DNA from: Callorhinchus milii
Lineage: Eukaryota
Direction of reading: 5' to 3'
DNA length: 64,000 bases
NCBI RefSeq assembly: GCF_018977255.1
Contig: NW_024704742.1
Location: forward strand, 37,016,001 to 37,080,000
Shown: positions 29,249 through 42,265 of the stretch, in pieces
How the letters are laid out: each line of letters opens with the position of its first letter
Position numbering within the stretch: the first letter of the stretch is position 1
Program-made: the position numbers and the translations under genes
The notes under the pieces: generated by a model
Seen by the model: the letters and a program-made list of their open reading frames with translations, nothing else
Told to the model about the DNA's origin: nothing
The model's database searches: none

Positions 29249-29437
29249 GGAGAGTAATTTGCAAGGTTCACAAAAGGATTATGTAAAGTGAATCCTCTAG
29301 GTACTGAATATGTCTCGGGCCAATCCTTTAGAATCCACCTTCACGAAAATCAGAAGTGTGATTGACTTCTGAGGAGAGCTGTACCCACAGGATTCATCTT
29401 TCATAAATGCTTCTGTGAATCTGCCAAACTACACCCC
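29249..29437. mobile_element. Separate MITE-like element with ~56 bp imperfect TIRs
   Basis: GGAGAGTAATTTGCAAGGTTCACAAAAGGATTATGTAAAGTGAATCCTCTAGGTAC matches the reverse complement of 29381-29437. Confidence 0.62.
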
Positions 29438-32400
29438 AATGTGCACGAATATGAAACGAATACCACTGCTGATGCACAACTTAATGCAATGTTGATGTCA
29501 CTTCACTTTTCAGCAAGGAAAATTTCTCACTCTAAGAGCAATGTTAAGACTGCAGCAAAACACAATGTCAAATGTGAATTGCCAACATTGTAATTGCTTC
29601 TACTGCAGGAAGATCAACCATATAAACAGATGAATCATATGTCTATTTAAAAAGTAGCTCAGCCACTGTAGCCATTAATTTTACTATTAATTGTGACTTT
29701 GTGTCTCACCGCTAGCATTGGATCCTGAACAAAAATGTTTCCGGAATAAGATAAATGCATTACAAAAAATAATTAACTCTAAATGATCCAGAAATCAGTA
29801 ACTGTGCAAGATGTGGTATTACTTTATGATATGTGAAAACTGAATCAAAATAATACCTAGGGTCAAACAAGATATTGAGCAGTTGTATCAGCTGACACAA
29901 ACAATAAAGTCCATAATTTCTTTTAAAAGGGAATGACTGGTCTTGCTGGTGTGCGAATCATGGTATTGGAGTGTTATTTAGTGGGATATCTGAATTATTA
30001 TTAATAATAATCTTGCATTTGATATAGTGCTTTCCACAACAGGAGGACCCCACAAAGCACTTCACAGGATTCACTGTAATGTGTAGTGACTGTGTGTGTT
30101 TTTTGCAGACAAATGTGCCAGCCAATTTGTGCATAGTGTTGTCCTGTAAACAGCCATGAAATGAATAACCAAATTTATCTGGGGGATTGCTGGCTGGGAC
30201 AGCAGGAGAAACTCCCTTCACTTTCAAACACTGTCACGAGAGTTAGATGCCACCCCAAGAAGAGGCACTCCATACATATAATCTCCAGGCCAATGAATCC
30301 AATATATGGATATAATGAACACCCAATATATACTGGCCTTGTTAATAATGATCACATTACATGTCATAATTTTCAACCCATCCTGCTGAGCAAGAGAAAA
30401 TAAAACTTTACGAATATCATTGCAAATTTCAGCCAGTACTTACAAAGCTCCTGTTGGAAACCTAGGATTGCTGAATAAAGAAAATCTGCTGCGCATCTCT
30501 CTATTTCCTATGAGATAGAAAATGTGATGGACCAACACATCTAAAGCTCAGAAGACGAAGGAATGTGACGATTTGAGTCTATTAGAATAATTATGCATAT
30601 CCACCACATTTTCTTCTGACTGCTCTGCTGATTCTGTTTTTAAAAATATATAATTTTACTTCAACTTTTATTACTGATCAAACCCTTGGGGGAATAAGCT
30701 GGGAGAAATTACTGAACTGGACATGGAAAATCCTAATTATTTCAAAATATGTCATGGGCAGCAGTGAGATATGCTAAGTGTTTCCACATGTGAAGCTGCC
30801 GTAAATCATTTCTATAGTAATTTATTCGTTCACCTTCGCTTGTGATCATATTTATCATGTCTTTCTGTTGGCTGGAATATGCTTCGCCTAGAACACTAAT
30901 GTGAACCCCGATTGCTGAAATAAATGTAGAGTAACAAACCCTGCCAGGAACTTGCTATTAAATCAAGTGAGTCTGATTATAATAATAATAATAATTCTTG
31001 CATTTGAAATAGTGCCTTTCACATTGGGAAGGCTCCTCAAAGCGCTTCACAGGGTATTATGTGATGATGTATTTTGTAGGCAAATACAGCAGCTAATTTG
31101 CATGCAACAATGTCTCACAAACAGCCATGAAGTGATTGATCAATTTTATCAGGGTTCTTGGCCTGGACACCAGGAGAAACTCCCTTCTCTTTTCAAATAG
31201 TGTGATGGTATCTTTAACATGCACCTGAACAAACAGATGGGATCTCAGTTTCTTCAATTAGTTGCGGGCAATTTAGTCAAGGTGCATTCCTTGACTAGTC
31301 AAGTTTAGCTTCTTATGGGGTTGTCCATGTCGCCTCAAAACCAGAAGCATTGTTTGCCATGATGACAACAACAAATTGCATTTATATAGCACCTTTCATG
31401 TCGGGAGGATGTCCCAAGGTCCTGACAAGTATTGATAGCAACATTTTAAAAAGCTAGTGATAACTGTCACATCACGGAAATGGGTGACTCAAACCTGTCC
31501 AGTCAGTCATGTTTGGGAATGAACCCCTCTCCCACATGAACTCTGGTAAAGCAGTTAAAGGACCTCAAATCTGGTTGAGTTCTCTTGTGCTGCTATCTTT
31601 GCGCCCACAAATATTGCTTTTCAGTTCGCCTGCACGCATCATCTGTGTAACTCAAGCCAAGGTTGGCCAGTAGCATGTGCGACTGAAAGAACAAGTGGCG
31701 GTGAAAACAAGATGGTGCTATGTAGAGAAGCCCACTGTCCTCAGGCAAAGCCATTTTGCTGATGTTGGGGCAGGTAGGGTTTTCATTCTCAAATCTATTA
31801 ATAACTAAAATAGTTTTAGTGCTCCGATACAGTACCCCACACAAACCTCACTGTATCAATGCAAGTTGTTGTTTTAGGTTCCACTTTTCAGCAACACGAT
31901 AATCACTGCATTTTTTATCCNTTTTTTTAGAAATACGGGAGTCATCTGGAGTCTGCAAACAATTGTGATTGCCACAGCATAAGAGGGGTGTTCTGGCTCT
32001 CGTCATGCTGAGGAGAGCAATGAGGATGAACCCCAGTGTTGGAGTGATGAGCTATGAGCAACAATAAAATAAATAGTCTCTTCAGTCTTGAAGAGAGACT
32101 TTTTAAGGGGAACTTATGGAGGTATGTAAGATTCTACATGAGATTGGGAAAATAAAACCACATTAATACTAGCAAATGGGTCAATGTAAGAGAACAAAGG
32201 TTCAGGGTAGGAAAGGGAAATTTCAAAACAGACACCACAGGAACTTGCTTAAGAACCAGCTTGATGCTTTAGAGGTAGGATGGTAGGATGGGGATTTTGG
32301 AAGGATGATATCAAATGGGTTGAAAGGTCTTCTTCATCTGAACCTCTCTTGTGATCTTGTGTTTCCAGTTGTGTTTAACATAAGAATATACATTAATATA

Positions 32401-32892
32401 TCAAATATAACACTTTATGCAGTAGTACAGTTTGATCATCACTATATAGATTACTTTTGTTTTGAGAAACAACCCATGTGAAGGGCACTATATAAATGCA
32501 AGTTACTGTTGTTATGTTGCTTCACTCATTGCATTGTGCTGTAGCTCTTGTCAGAATTCCTCTCATTGTGTAACTATTCTAGTTTGTGACATTTCAACAG
32601 TTGTAATGTATCGTTCAGTGGTTGAAATTTGCACTAAGCTATAGCATAAAAAGTAATTGTTATATTCCATACTTCATAGCCATAGGCATTTATGAGACCC
32701 ACATTTATCCACAAAATACACAGCCAGTACACTTGACAATAATTGCCTATGAAGCACTTTAATATTATAGGCACCATAGCAAATCCAAGGATTATTATTT
32801 ATTATTATTATCATATACAAACCTGAAATTGAGCAGAAGGACATGTTTTCTCTGTTGGCAGATTTTATTTGTTTCAGCAATTAGTAACCTTT

Positions 32893-32931
32893 CTCTTACT
32901 CTTACTCTTACTCTTACTCTTATTCTTACTC
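32893..32931. repeat. (CTCTTA)n microsatellite (other simple repeats: (GT)n 25217-25236, (AG)n 18948-18964, poly-G 52367-52380, TAA-rich 7500-7545)
   Basis: Read directly from the sequence. Confidence 0.9.
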
Positions 32932-34719
32932 AGGAGATGCTTGTACCATCATGTGCCTAGGATTAATTAATATCTATCAGAGAGATTTAATAATAATCCT
33001 TGCATTTGATATAGCGCTTTTCACATCTTCTAGACGTCCCAAAACACTTCACAGAATATACTGCAAAGTGAATTGACTGTATATTTGTGGGCAAACACAG
33101 CAGCCAATTGCGCACAACAATGTCCCACAAACAGTCGGAGATTGTAAATGACCAATTTTATATTGTTTTTTGTTTTGGAGGGATTATTACCTCCTGGGGG
33201 ATTTAGTGACATTGTTTTTTCAGCTCTGGAACCTAGCTTTGATTGCAGCCTTGCCTGAAAGTCCCTTTCCTCGCTCTAAGCATACTAACTGGAATAAGCT
33301 GAGATAAGATGGACGACATTGGGTTTATGGACAGGATTTTTCTGTACTGGGTCTCAAAAAACAGTGAAGGGGAGTGACTTTGTCAGGGGAAATGACAAGC
33401 AGGTCACTGAGGCTGACAAAGTAGCTGAATTAATATACTACTACTACTACTAATTATTATTATTATTGTTGATTCTCTGATGCTGATTCATTTTCAATTT
33501 GTGGCCTCAGTATATTCCTTCCAGCCAGTCCTTTGACAATTTCATAATCATTCCCTACACCAAAAAGATGTTCAAGACACCATCAAAAATAGATAGGTAA
33601 AATAAATATCAATGCTGATGATAACTATTTATAACTGATCTGAAGAGGTAACACTCATTCTGGTAAATCATATTATTAAATTGTTTTGTAATCCATTTGA
33701 ACTTCTATTTGTGCTCCAGAGAAAATATGGTTTTGTTAACTGCAGAATGTAAGAAAATATTAGCTCAAAAATTATTTGGGCTTTCGCGTTTTTAAATTTT
33801 ATTTTCACCCACTAAAAATATATAAACTTACACCACTTTACCATATGTCATGTGAAATGCTTTGAGATATCTCAAAAATGTGATAATGTGCTATATCAAA
33901 CACAAGGATTAATATTTATTATTTTGATTTTAATAAATAAATATTTTCTCAGACAGAGACAAAAAAACTGTTAAAAAAATTGTCTTGCTGACACTTACAG
34001 CTTTATCTGGGTGATATGCTAATTAAAGCAAATTCTGACCTCTTACAACTTTGTGTTAAAAATTTTCCCTTGAATAAATTAACTCTGTTAGGACCCAAAA
34101 TTGAAATTAGACTTTATAGAAAGTGAGCATTATCTGGGATTAGGATGTTCTGCTGTGCACAAGAAACCAGAGATTTAGACTATTTGAAAGGCAGCATTCT
34201 AATGTAAATGTTGGTGCAAGGTCATTTTGCATTAGTTTAACACTTTCCTTTGTTACCATCTCTCTGAAAAATGTTCCTATTATATTGTGCCTCAGTTCTT
34301 AATGAAATATTTCTACAAAATATTGATATAGGAGAAACATGTGGAGCTGTTAAATTATTTCCTCAAATTACTGCTAGCTGTTGCACTTAATGTTTGCTGT
34401 GGTTATAAGAAATCTCATGAATCAAAGATGCTTGAAAAGAGGAATATTGAAGGTTATGGGAGCGAGCTGGAGATTGGAATTAAACTAGACCGGTCATGTG
34501 GTGAAAAATACCAGAGCAGATTTAATGGGACATTCTATGATTCTTCAGGATCAAAATTGTGGTCATGGTGTTGGTCTTGCACCTACAATCTTCTGACTCA
34601 AAGTGTGAGCCCTTACCAACTGAACCTATATTCTATTAACAAACTAAATTGTATATTCTGACAAACTATATTCTATTCTACAAAACGCAAAATACCTTAG
34701 ATGATGGAAATATGAAAAC

Positions 34720-34921
34720 AAAAACAGAAGCCGCGGGGAACACTCAGCAGGTCAGGCAGCGTCTATGGAGAAAGGAAAGTGAGTCAACATTTCAGGTGCA
34801 CGACCCTTTGGCAGAACTTCGTCAGTTTTGACGAAGGGTTGTGGACCCGAAACGTTGACTCACTTTCCTTTCTCCATGGATGCTGCCTGATCTGCCTAGT
34901 ATTCCCACGACTTCTGTTTTT
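34720..34921. mobile_element. Palindromic Penelope-like terminal-repeat element with degenerate minimal hammerhead ribozyme cores
   Basis: Arms 34720-34817 and 34825-34921 are inverted copies; TTGACGA-AGGGT-tgtgg-ACCC-GAAACGTT at 34828-34856. Confidence 0.75.
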
Positions 34922-35796
34922 ATACTCTATTCTAATATTTCCAAAATGCAGCAAACCCTAGTGCCACATTGCAAAATAAATTGTGTAACCCCATTAGAAA
35001 TGAAGCAATGTCACCTCACCCTATTTGTTTCAAATATTAAGCTTGCCTCATTCTTAGTAACGCCAAAGACTATAATAAATTACCTTAGAATTCTTGCAAA
35101 TTCCAAATGTTGCTCTCTACATTTCACACAGGGTAGGCCAATCAGTTGAATACTGTGCTAGGGACCAGCAACTGATGGGTTTAAACGATTACTAGGCTAC
35201 AATCCATGCACCAAATGAAGCTGGAACAACTAATATGCATAGGTTTCTAATTCATTTCACCCAGATCACTGGTGAGGCCACTTTAAAATGCCATGTCCAG
35301 TTTTGGGAATACTAACTTCCCAAGACCATTGCTTGGAAAGCGATTAGGGAAGAGCAATCAGGATTTTTTCAGAGCTTTATGTTATGGGAGAGCCTTCCAG
35401 AGCTAAACTGATTTTCATTAGAAAGAAGGTTCGGGGGGAATAAGATCCATGATAAATGTTGTACATTTTGTAGTAAGAGGAATTTCACATCAACACTTCT
35501 TCACATGACATGAACTACCACTGGATATACCTACTGCATTCTGTAAATACTTTATAATCGGTTCTAAATCTGACCACTGTTGTGTGGCCACCGGTAAAAG
35601 TTCCTGGACATAAACAGTGTTTTGTCCAGGCAAGGCACAAAGACTTAAGCACAATGAGAACTTGGGCTCCTGTTGAAACCTAGGTTGTGTGTTATGCAGG
35701 GAATTGCTTGTAAAAGACATTGTTTCATACAGCAGACGCTTTTCCCAGCATTTGTGAAGCAGTGACACAGGGCAAGAACTCTTAAGATACAACATG

Positions 35797-36126
35797 GAGT
35801 CCTGTAGCTCAGTGGTTAGAGCACTCGCTTTGCAAGCGAGAGACCTGAGTTCAATTCCAGGCAGAGGGCGAAACCTTGGGCAAGTTTCCTTACTCCACAC
35901 AGAGCCTAATAATAATCCCTCCAAAAAACAACAAAAAAAAACAATAATAAAAAATTGGTCATTTTCAATCTACGACTGTTTGTTGGACATTGCTGTGCGC
36001 AATTGGCTGCCGCGTTCGCCCACAAATATACAGTCAATTCACTTTACAGTGTGTTCTGTGAAGCGCTTTGGGACGTCCTCCCGACGTGAAAAGCGCTATA
36101 TCAAATGCAATGATTATTATTATTAT
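35797..36126 (+). mobile_element. Young SINE, short form, with probable TSD AACATG(G)
   Basis: Near-identical to the 2623 copy; aacatgg at both flanks (35791 and 36127). Confidence 0.93.
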
Positions 36127-36611
36127 AACATGGTAGAAACATACAATACAATGCAAATTTACATTTATACACATTTCTATACATTTCTCATGGGGAGGAC
36201 GTCCCAAGACGTTTAACATTTTTGACTTGACATCCAAGCTGGGGGTGGGAGCCAAGTGGGCAGGGGAAGAAAAAGATGACTGAAAGCACGGTCAAACAGT
36301 TTGGTCTTGAGGCAGCTATTGAAAGAGGTGAGGGAGGGAGTTGGAGGGCACCGGAATAGAACCATAAAACATAGAAACAGGAGTAGGCCATTCAGCCACT
36401 CAAGCACAGAATTTGCATTTTCATTTTCTTTTAAAAGCACAAAACAGATATGCCTTCCTTCTGAAATATTTAGTTCAACACAGGATTAAAAGATGAGCTT
36501 TCTGCATGCCAAAGGAGCAGTATAGATTGGGCGTTAAGGGTACAGGTTAAGTGTTTGGACCTTTTTAATCCATATGGCTCATAAGTACACTGTCCATGTT
36601 CCAACTGAACC

Positions 36612-37242
36612 ATTCGTCCTCCTCAAGGCTGGACTATGGGAACTCTCTCCTCGCCGGCCTTCCCGGCACCTCCCTCCACAAGCTGCAGGTCATTCAGAAC
36701 TCTGCAGCTCGTGTACTGTCCCGCACCAGGCTTCGCAACCACATCACTCCCACCCTCGCTCACCTCCACTGGCTCCCCATCCCCCAGAGGATCGAATTCA
36801 AGATCCTCATCCTCACCTACAAGAACATTCACGGCCTTGCTCCCTCCTACCTCTCTGACCTACTATCCCCCTACTTACCTGCCCGTACCCTCCGTTCCTC
36901 TGGCTCCGGTCTGCTCCACATCCCCCGCCCCAACCGCCCTACCATCGGTGGCCGGGCCTTCAGCCTCTCAGCCCCTAGGCTCTGGAAGTCTATCCCCCAG
37001 TGCCTTCGCCGCCTCCTCCCTTTCCTCCTTCAAGGCCGGTCTCAAGACCTTTCTCTTTGACCGTGCCTTCAGCTCCCCTCTCAATTCTCTACCCCCTCCT
37101 CGCTCCCTCCCTTCCTTCCCCTCATCCTGACCATTTTCCCCCCTGCTCGGGTCCTGACCCAACTGTACAGCGCCTTGGGACGTCCTCCCGACGTGAAAGG
37201 CGCTTATAAATGGAATCTTGTTGTTGTTGTTGTTGTTGTTGT
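36612..37242 (+). mobile_element. Well-preserved L2 3' end
   Basis: [53 protein letters not shown]; tail CAGCGCCTTGGGACGTCCTCCCGACGTGAAAGGCGC...(GTT)n. Confidence 0.92.
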
Positions 37243-37477
37243 TAGATTGTTTTGGTTTAATATCACAAAAGACGTTTTTCAGGAAACATAAAATAGATTT
37301 TAAATATAATACACTTAACTCATAACTTAAACATAACTCTTAGAGACAAGAGAAACACAGTTCTGTATGACTACACATAACTGCATATATCATGCATTAG
37401 ATAAAACATTAGATAAAATGAAATGGAAATATGATTCAATGAATACTGTACCTTGTTTACCTGTAAGGAACACACAC

Positions 37478-37543
37478 CTGACAAAACGCAATCTTCACAT
37501 CCAGGATAGGCTCACTGCAGTAATACAAGAAATGTCGGCTCAT
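37478..37543 (-). CDS. MAPK10: JNK3 first coding exon (N-terminal extension MSRHFLYYCSEPILDVKIAFCQ); whole exon 37478-37549 including 6 nt of 5'UTR
   Basis: Minus strand reads tcctcctgtag|GTATTT ATG AGC CGA CAT ... TTT TGT CAG|gtgtgt. The 22 codons match the JNK3-specific N-terminus (human MSLHFLYYCSEPTLDVKIAFCQ). Phase 0, joins the next exon in frame. Not in the ORF track. Confidence 0.96.
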
Positions 37544-38224
37544 AAATACCTACAGGAGGAACAGAAACACAAATGTTGTTTCAATTTCACATTGAATGTA
37601 TTCTTTCTGAATTAAATAAGGCAGGAGTATTGTGATAGATCAGATGTTGGTATACACTGAATTGATATTTATCATATTCACTTAAATTGCCTCTATCCTG
37701 GATCCTTCCAATTCAGCCAGTTATATGCAAGTCAAGCCCCAACAACATGGCATAATTAATGAGAAAGGTATTGAAAAGACCAATTCAGTATCTATTTATG
37801 ATCACAAATACTGCAGAGCTAGTGCCATTCAATGCTTAAGATGGAGTACACATCAAGTGTTAGCTATATCGATTTGATTCTGAGCTCCACTTCACAATCA
37901 ACTGCACAAGGATTTCAGGCATTGAAACTGTGCCTTAGGTCCAACATAAATTGGACTTCTATTACAGTTGATTTTAAAAAAAACTTTCAATCTGTAAAAA
38001 AACAAAAAGATTAATAAGATTCTAACCTAGATCCGATCTATAATTCAGAAATGATTTATAATCGCATTCATAGTAAAGTAGGAAATGGAATAAGAGCATT
38101 AGAATGCAATAGGGATTTTCTTCTGGGTTAGAGTTAAGTTGTAACGTTGGACAAAGCAGAGATGACCTTACTTTACAGGTGCTCTATGCTATATCTGGCA
38201 TAGTAATGCTTCATTATGGATAAA

Positions 38225-38465
38225 CAATAAAATAATAATAATCCTTGCATTTGATATAGCACTTTTCACGTCTTCTAGTGAATTGACTATATATTTTGTG
38301 GGTGAATCGCGGCAGCCAATTACGCACAGCAGTGTCCCACAAACAGTCGTGGATTGAGTGACCAAATTATTATTGTTTTTTTTTCTTAAGGGATTATTAT
38401 CAGGCGTGTGGAGTAAGGAAACTTGCCCAAGATTTCGCCCTGCCGGGAATCAAACCCAGGTCTCT
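38225..38465 (-). mobile_element. Deleted SINE copy
   Basis: Tail, Deu domain and B-box region of the same family. Confidence 0.85.
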
Positions 38466-38569
38466 GAAGAAACATCTCCTCTGATTTTCTCTCCTTCAAC
38501 TTTTGACTTTTTTTACCTCCTACTAGGGTACTCATCCACATGTTTCCTCCTTATTTCACCCAAATGGCA

Positions 38570-38883
38570 TTCATGTGCAACCTTTGACAGCTAGTGTTAG
38601 CAGGTGGTAACTATTAAACCATGGGTGACATCCAAGCCAAGACTGATCCTGTCCTCACCTGATCCAGCTACACTCATCTTCCAGCAGGGGTTTTTGGACA
38701 ATGATCAAGAGCAGGAACCCTGCCTGATTTTCAGCTCCCTAACTCAGGATGTTGAAGCAAATTATCACACCCCAACTGAGAACAGCTAACTCAGCACAGA
38801 CTGGATTGATCTTCCAACCTTCCTGTCTTTATGCCGTAATAGTAAGGTCTGTGCCCTTACTCACTAGGCCACCAAGGGAGCTA
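38570..38883 (-). mobile_element. Ancient tRNA-derived SINE of a different family (possibly AmnSINE2-like)
   Basis: Minus strand has A-box-like TGGCCTAGTGAG and B-box-like GATCAATCC, then GTCTGTGCTGAGTTAGCTG..GGGTTCCTGCTCTTGATCA..GGTGAGGACAGGATCAG, which I recognise as a chondrichthyan SINE body. Family name is from recollection. Confidence 0.55.
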
Positions 38884-41760
38884 TCAAACAGAAGCACTGT
38901 TTAGATTGTACTGCATATTTGTTACAATCGGATAGATCTTTTCAAGTTTCCCTTTCATTAAGGTACAAACACATATCACATAAGACACCCATGCCTTTTT
39001 AACTTATCAAAATATCCATTTCAGAACTAACTAGACCTCTATAGCCATTCAACTTAATATAAACTGTGCTACCCTCTCAGTCTCTTAAGGAAGATAATCC
39101 TTACATTTGATATCCATTGTTCATTTCAGGACTAACAACAAGTTCTCTATAGCTACTCAACAGCAAAAACCCTGTTACCCTTTTACGTCTCAAAACCTTC
39201 ACATGATTTATGGTAAATTGTGCACTTTGTAGGCAAACATGGTGGCCAATATGTACATAGCACACAGCCTATATGGACTAAGGTCAATTACACATTGCCC
39301 AGTCATAGTATGACTGAGGGTTACATAACTTAGAGGTCACTAACTGGGCACTATTAGAATCTGGTCATATACATTAAAAACTTCGAACTGAATCAGAGTT
39401 CAAAATCACTATTGTGAGCAAGTAACCCGCTGACAATATTTCCCATTCATGATTTAATTTATTGTCATCGCTGCCTTAAACTTGCAAAGATTGCAGTTGT
39501 AAACCTAATTTGCAAGAGATTAAATTCAGAACCTACCATTTAGTATGTTTTACACTGAGATAACATTGATTTTTGACAATGATGATATTTGAACCAAAAT
39601 CTCCAGGGAGATATATATATAGCAAGTACCTTGGATAGATAGGATTTTCTAATTCTGGTAAATAATTATGTTTTTTGCACAGAAAACCTTCTTGGAATTT
39701 TTCTGCAATTCAAAATGTTTAGGTGAAAATATATATACTTCAAAATAAACTTTTGTTCAGCATTCATTATAAAAAAAAGCTGGACTCCAGGTGCAGCCAG
39801 CAAGGACTTCCTCCTTAAAGGATTAAGGAATAGAAAAAAATAGTGCAATAACATTCAACTTGGCTTGGAAATGGTGTGACCATATAAAAATTACCACCCT
39901 TGGATTGGATAGAACATTTTTCATGGCAGTAGGATGTCTCAAAACACTTCACAGAATTTACTGTAAGGTGTAGTGACTGTATTGAACCAAAAACCAGGAG
40001 ATGGGCAACCCTAAGGAGTGGGATGACTAAGCTTAGTGACAGGGGATATTGCTCAAGGATAAATCAGTTGAAGGTAAATGGAGATCATTTTGTGTAAAAT
40101 GTAGGACATGGACATACCTAAGTACACCTGGGGAACAAATTAGAAAATTACTCTAAAATAAATGAAAGGGAGTATGAACAAGTAGACGAGTGGACACTGG
40201 AATTATTTAATAAACAGCTTGATATTGAAATGTTGGGGATGGCGTTCATCATGGATGCTCTCATATGTGGCAGCTGGCTTAGTTGGTAGCACTCTTTTCT
40301 TTGGGTCAGAAGATTGTGGGTTCAAGTCCCATGGTGGGATTGTAGACTCGTAATCGAGGCTGACAATCCAATGCAATTCTGGGGGAGCAGCTCTAGGTGA
40401 AAGGATGTCCTCCTGACGTGAAAGGTGCTTTACAAATGTAATTTTTTTGTTGTTGTTGTTGTTATATAGGTCTAAAGAGAAAGAGGGAAGACTGGATAGA
40501 ATGCAGAAGTGTGAACCAGAGCTTATTTCCTCTGTAACCCTGAACCTGAGTTCTCTTATTAGACTGCCCTGGCAAATCTAAAAGTATTGTTTGGGTTTAC
40601 TTTCTCGATCCCATTTAGGATCAAATCTGAAACTTTCAATGTTAGTATGGCTTAGTTTCAAATTGGATGATGGCTTTATAAACTGAGGAAGCAGAAGTGA
40701 AATGATGTGAAGCACAGTATTACAGTGCAGCACCTCATCTGGTCTACTAGCCTATCTGAGAACAATCAAAATTCATTCTAGCTGTGAGAGACGTTTCCTG
40801 ACACTCACATCTGCAGCCACCATTTTGAATACACCCAGTGTGCTTCACATGGTCATTCCTGTAGATGCAAGAATGTTTAAAAAGTAGCTTAATGCAGTGA
40901 TGGGGCTGGGCGGGTGTTCTGGAGAGATGAGATTGGATGGATCGAAGGGCCTTCTTCATCCAGACCATTCTTGTGATCTTTTTATCTTGTGAGACAATGC
41001 ATTTCTGCATTGCATATACTGCGACCACACTAAACATCCAAACATCACAATTTTCTATTTGCTTCCCTTCTGCCTACAGCAATCTTATAACATACAAAGA
41101 CTTATCTATGCTGCACAACTCCAATTGCCAACAAGTACAATTAAGCACAGAAAATTATAATTATGTATTTTTCTTCATGACAATTTCCTGGATGTTTGGA
41201 TGCAAGTGGTATCCTTTTAATCATTTTATTAGAAATGAATGATAAGATCTGACTAAAGGATCTTAAATAGTAATTAAGCTATTTGAAACAAGTACAATAA
41301 GCCTTTCATCTATGGAATAATGATTAATGTGGAGCAATAAGTATACCGTCACATACAGTGGGCTCCTGCCAGGGTTTTACAATGATTAATGCTGGGGCAA
41401 TGCTTTCTGCGTGATAGGTAATAATTACAAGGAAGCTACTTTTGTTCCCTTATACACACTCATTAGGAGCTCTAGGAGCACAAATTTTGCAGCTTACATT
41501 TTGTTGTCTATTTTAACACCTTCTCTTTCATATCAAATGCTGTTATTGTTTCACCCTTTTTCTGTGGCAACATCCTTTAAATGAACAGCAGCAAGCCAAC
41601 AAAAGCAGTCCTGAGAATAGCTCTGAATAGAACAGGCAGTTCGTTGGCATACACAGTGACTGCACTTGACAGTAAAAATCCTGTGAAGAGCTTTGAAATG
41701 TTTTGTGATAAGGCACTATATCAAATGCAAAGATTATTATTATCTTATCATTACCATTTG

Positions 41761-42125
41761 GAGGCCTGTAGTTTAGTGGTTTAAAGCACTCGCCTCGCAA
41801 GCGAGAGGACCAGGCAGGGCAAAACCTTAAGCAAGTTTCCTTATTCCACCGGCCTCTTTACCTAGCAGTACGTAGGAACTAGGTTGTTAGTCAACTGGCG
41901 GATCGCTTCTCCAGGGGTAATAATGCCTTCAACGTAAATAAATAAATAATTTGGTCACTCAATCCACAACTGTTCATGGGACACTAATGTGCCCAATTGG
42001 CTGCCACATCTCACCCACAAAATATACAGTCAATTCACTTTACAGTATATTCTGTGAAGCGCTTTGAGACGTTTCGAAGATGTGATAAGGCACTATATCA
42101 AATGCAAGATTTATTATTATTATTA
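41761..42125 (+). mobile_element. SINE, long form (a separate SINE 3' fragment precedes it at ~41640-41745)
   Basis: tRNA head, CORE-like insert, Deu domain, (TTA)n tail. Confidence 0.88.
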
Positions 42126-42265
42126 TTTGTTATTAGCATGTTGCAGTGTTATTGGTGATACTGTTGAAAGGCAAAAACAAAAATGTAGTAGCATCAATTC
42201 AATAGATTAAAAGTTGGATTGTTAATTATTATTTGGTACAAGTGGGTTAGGCCACAAGTGGATAT

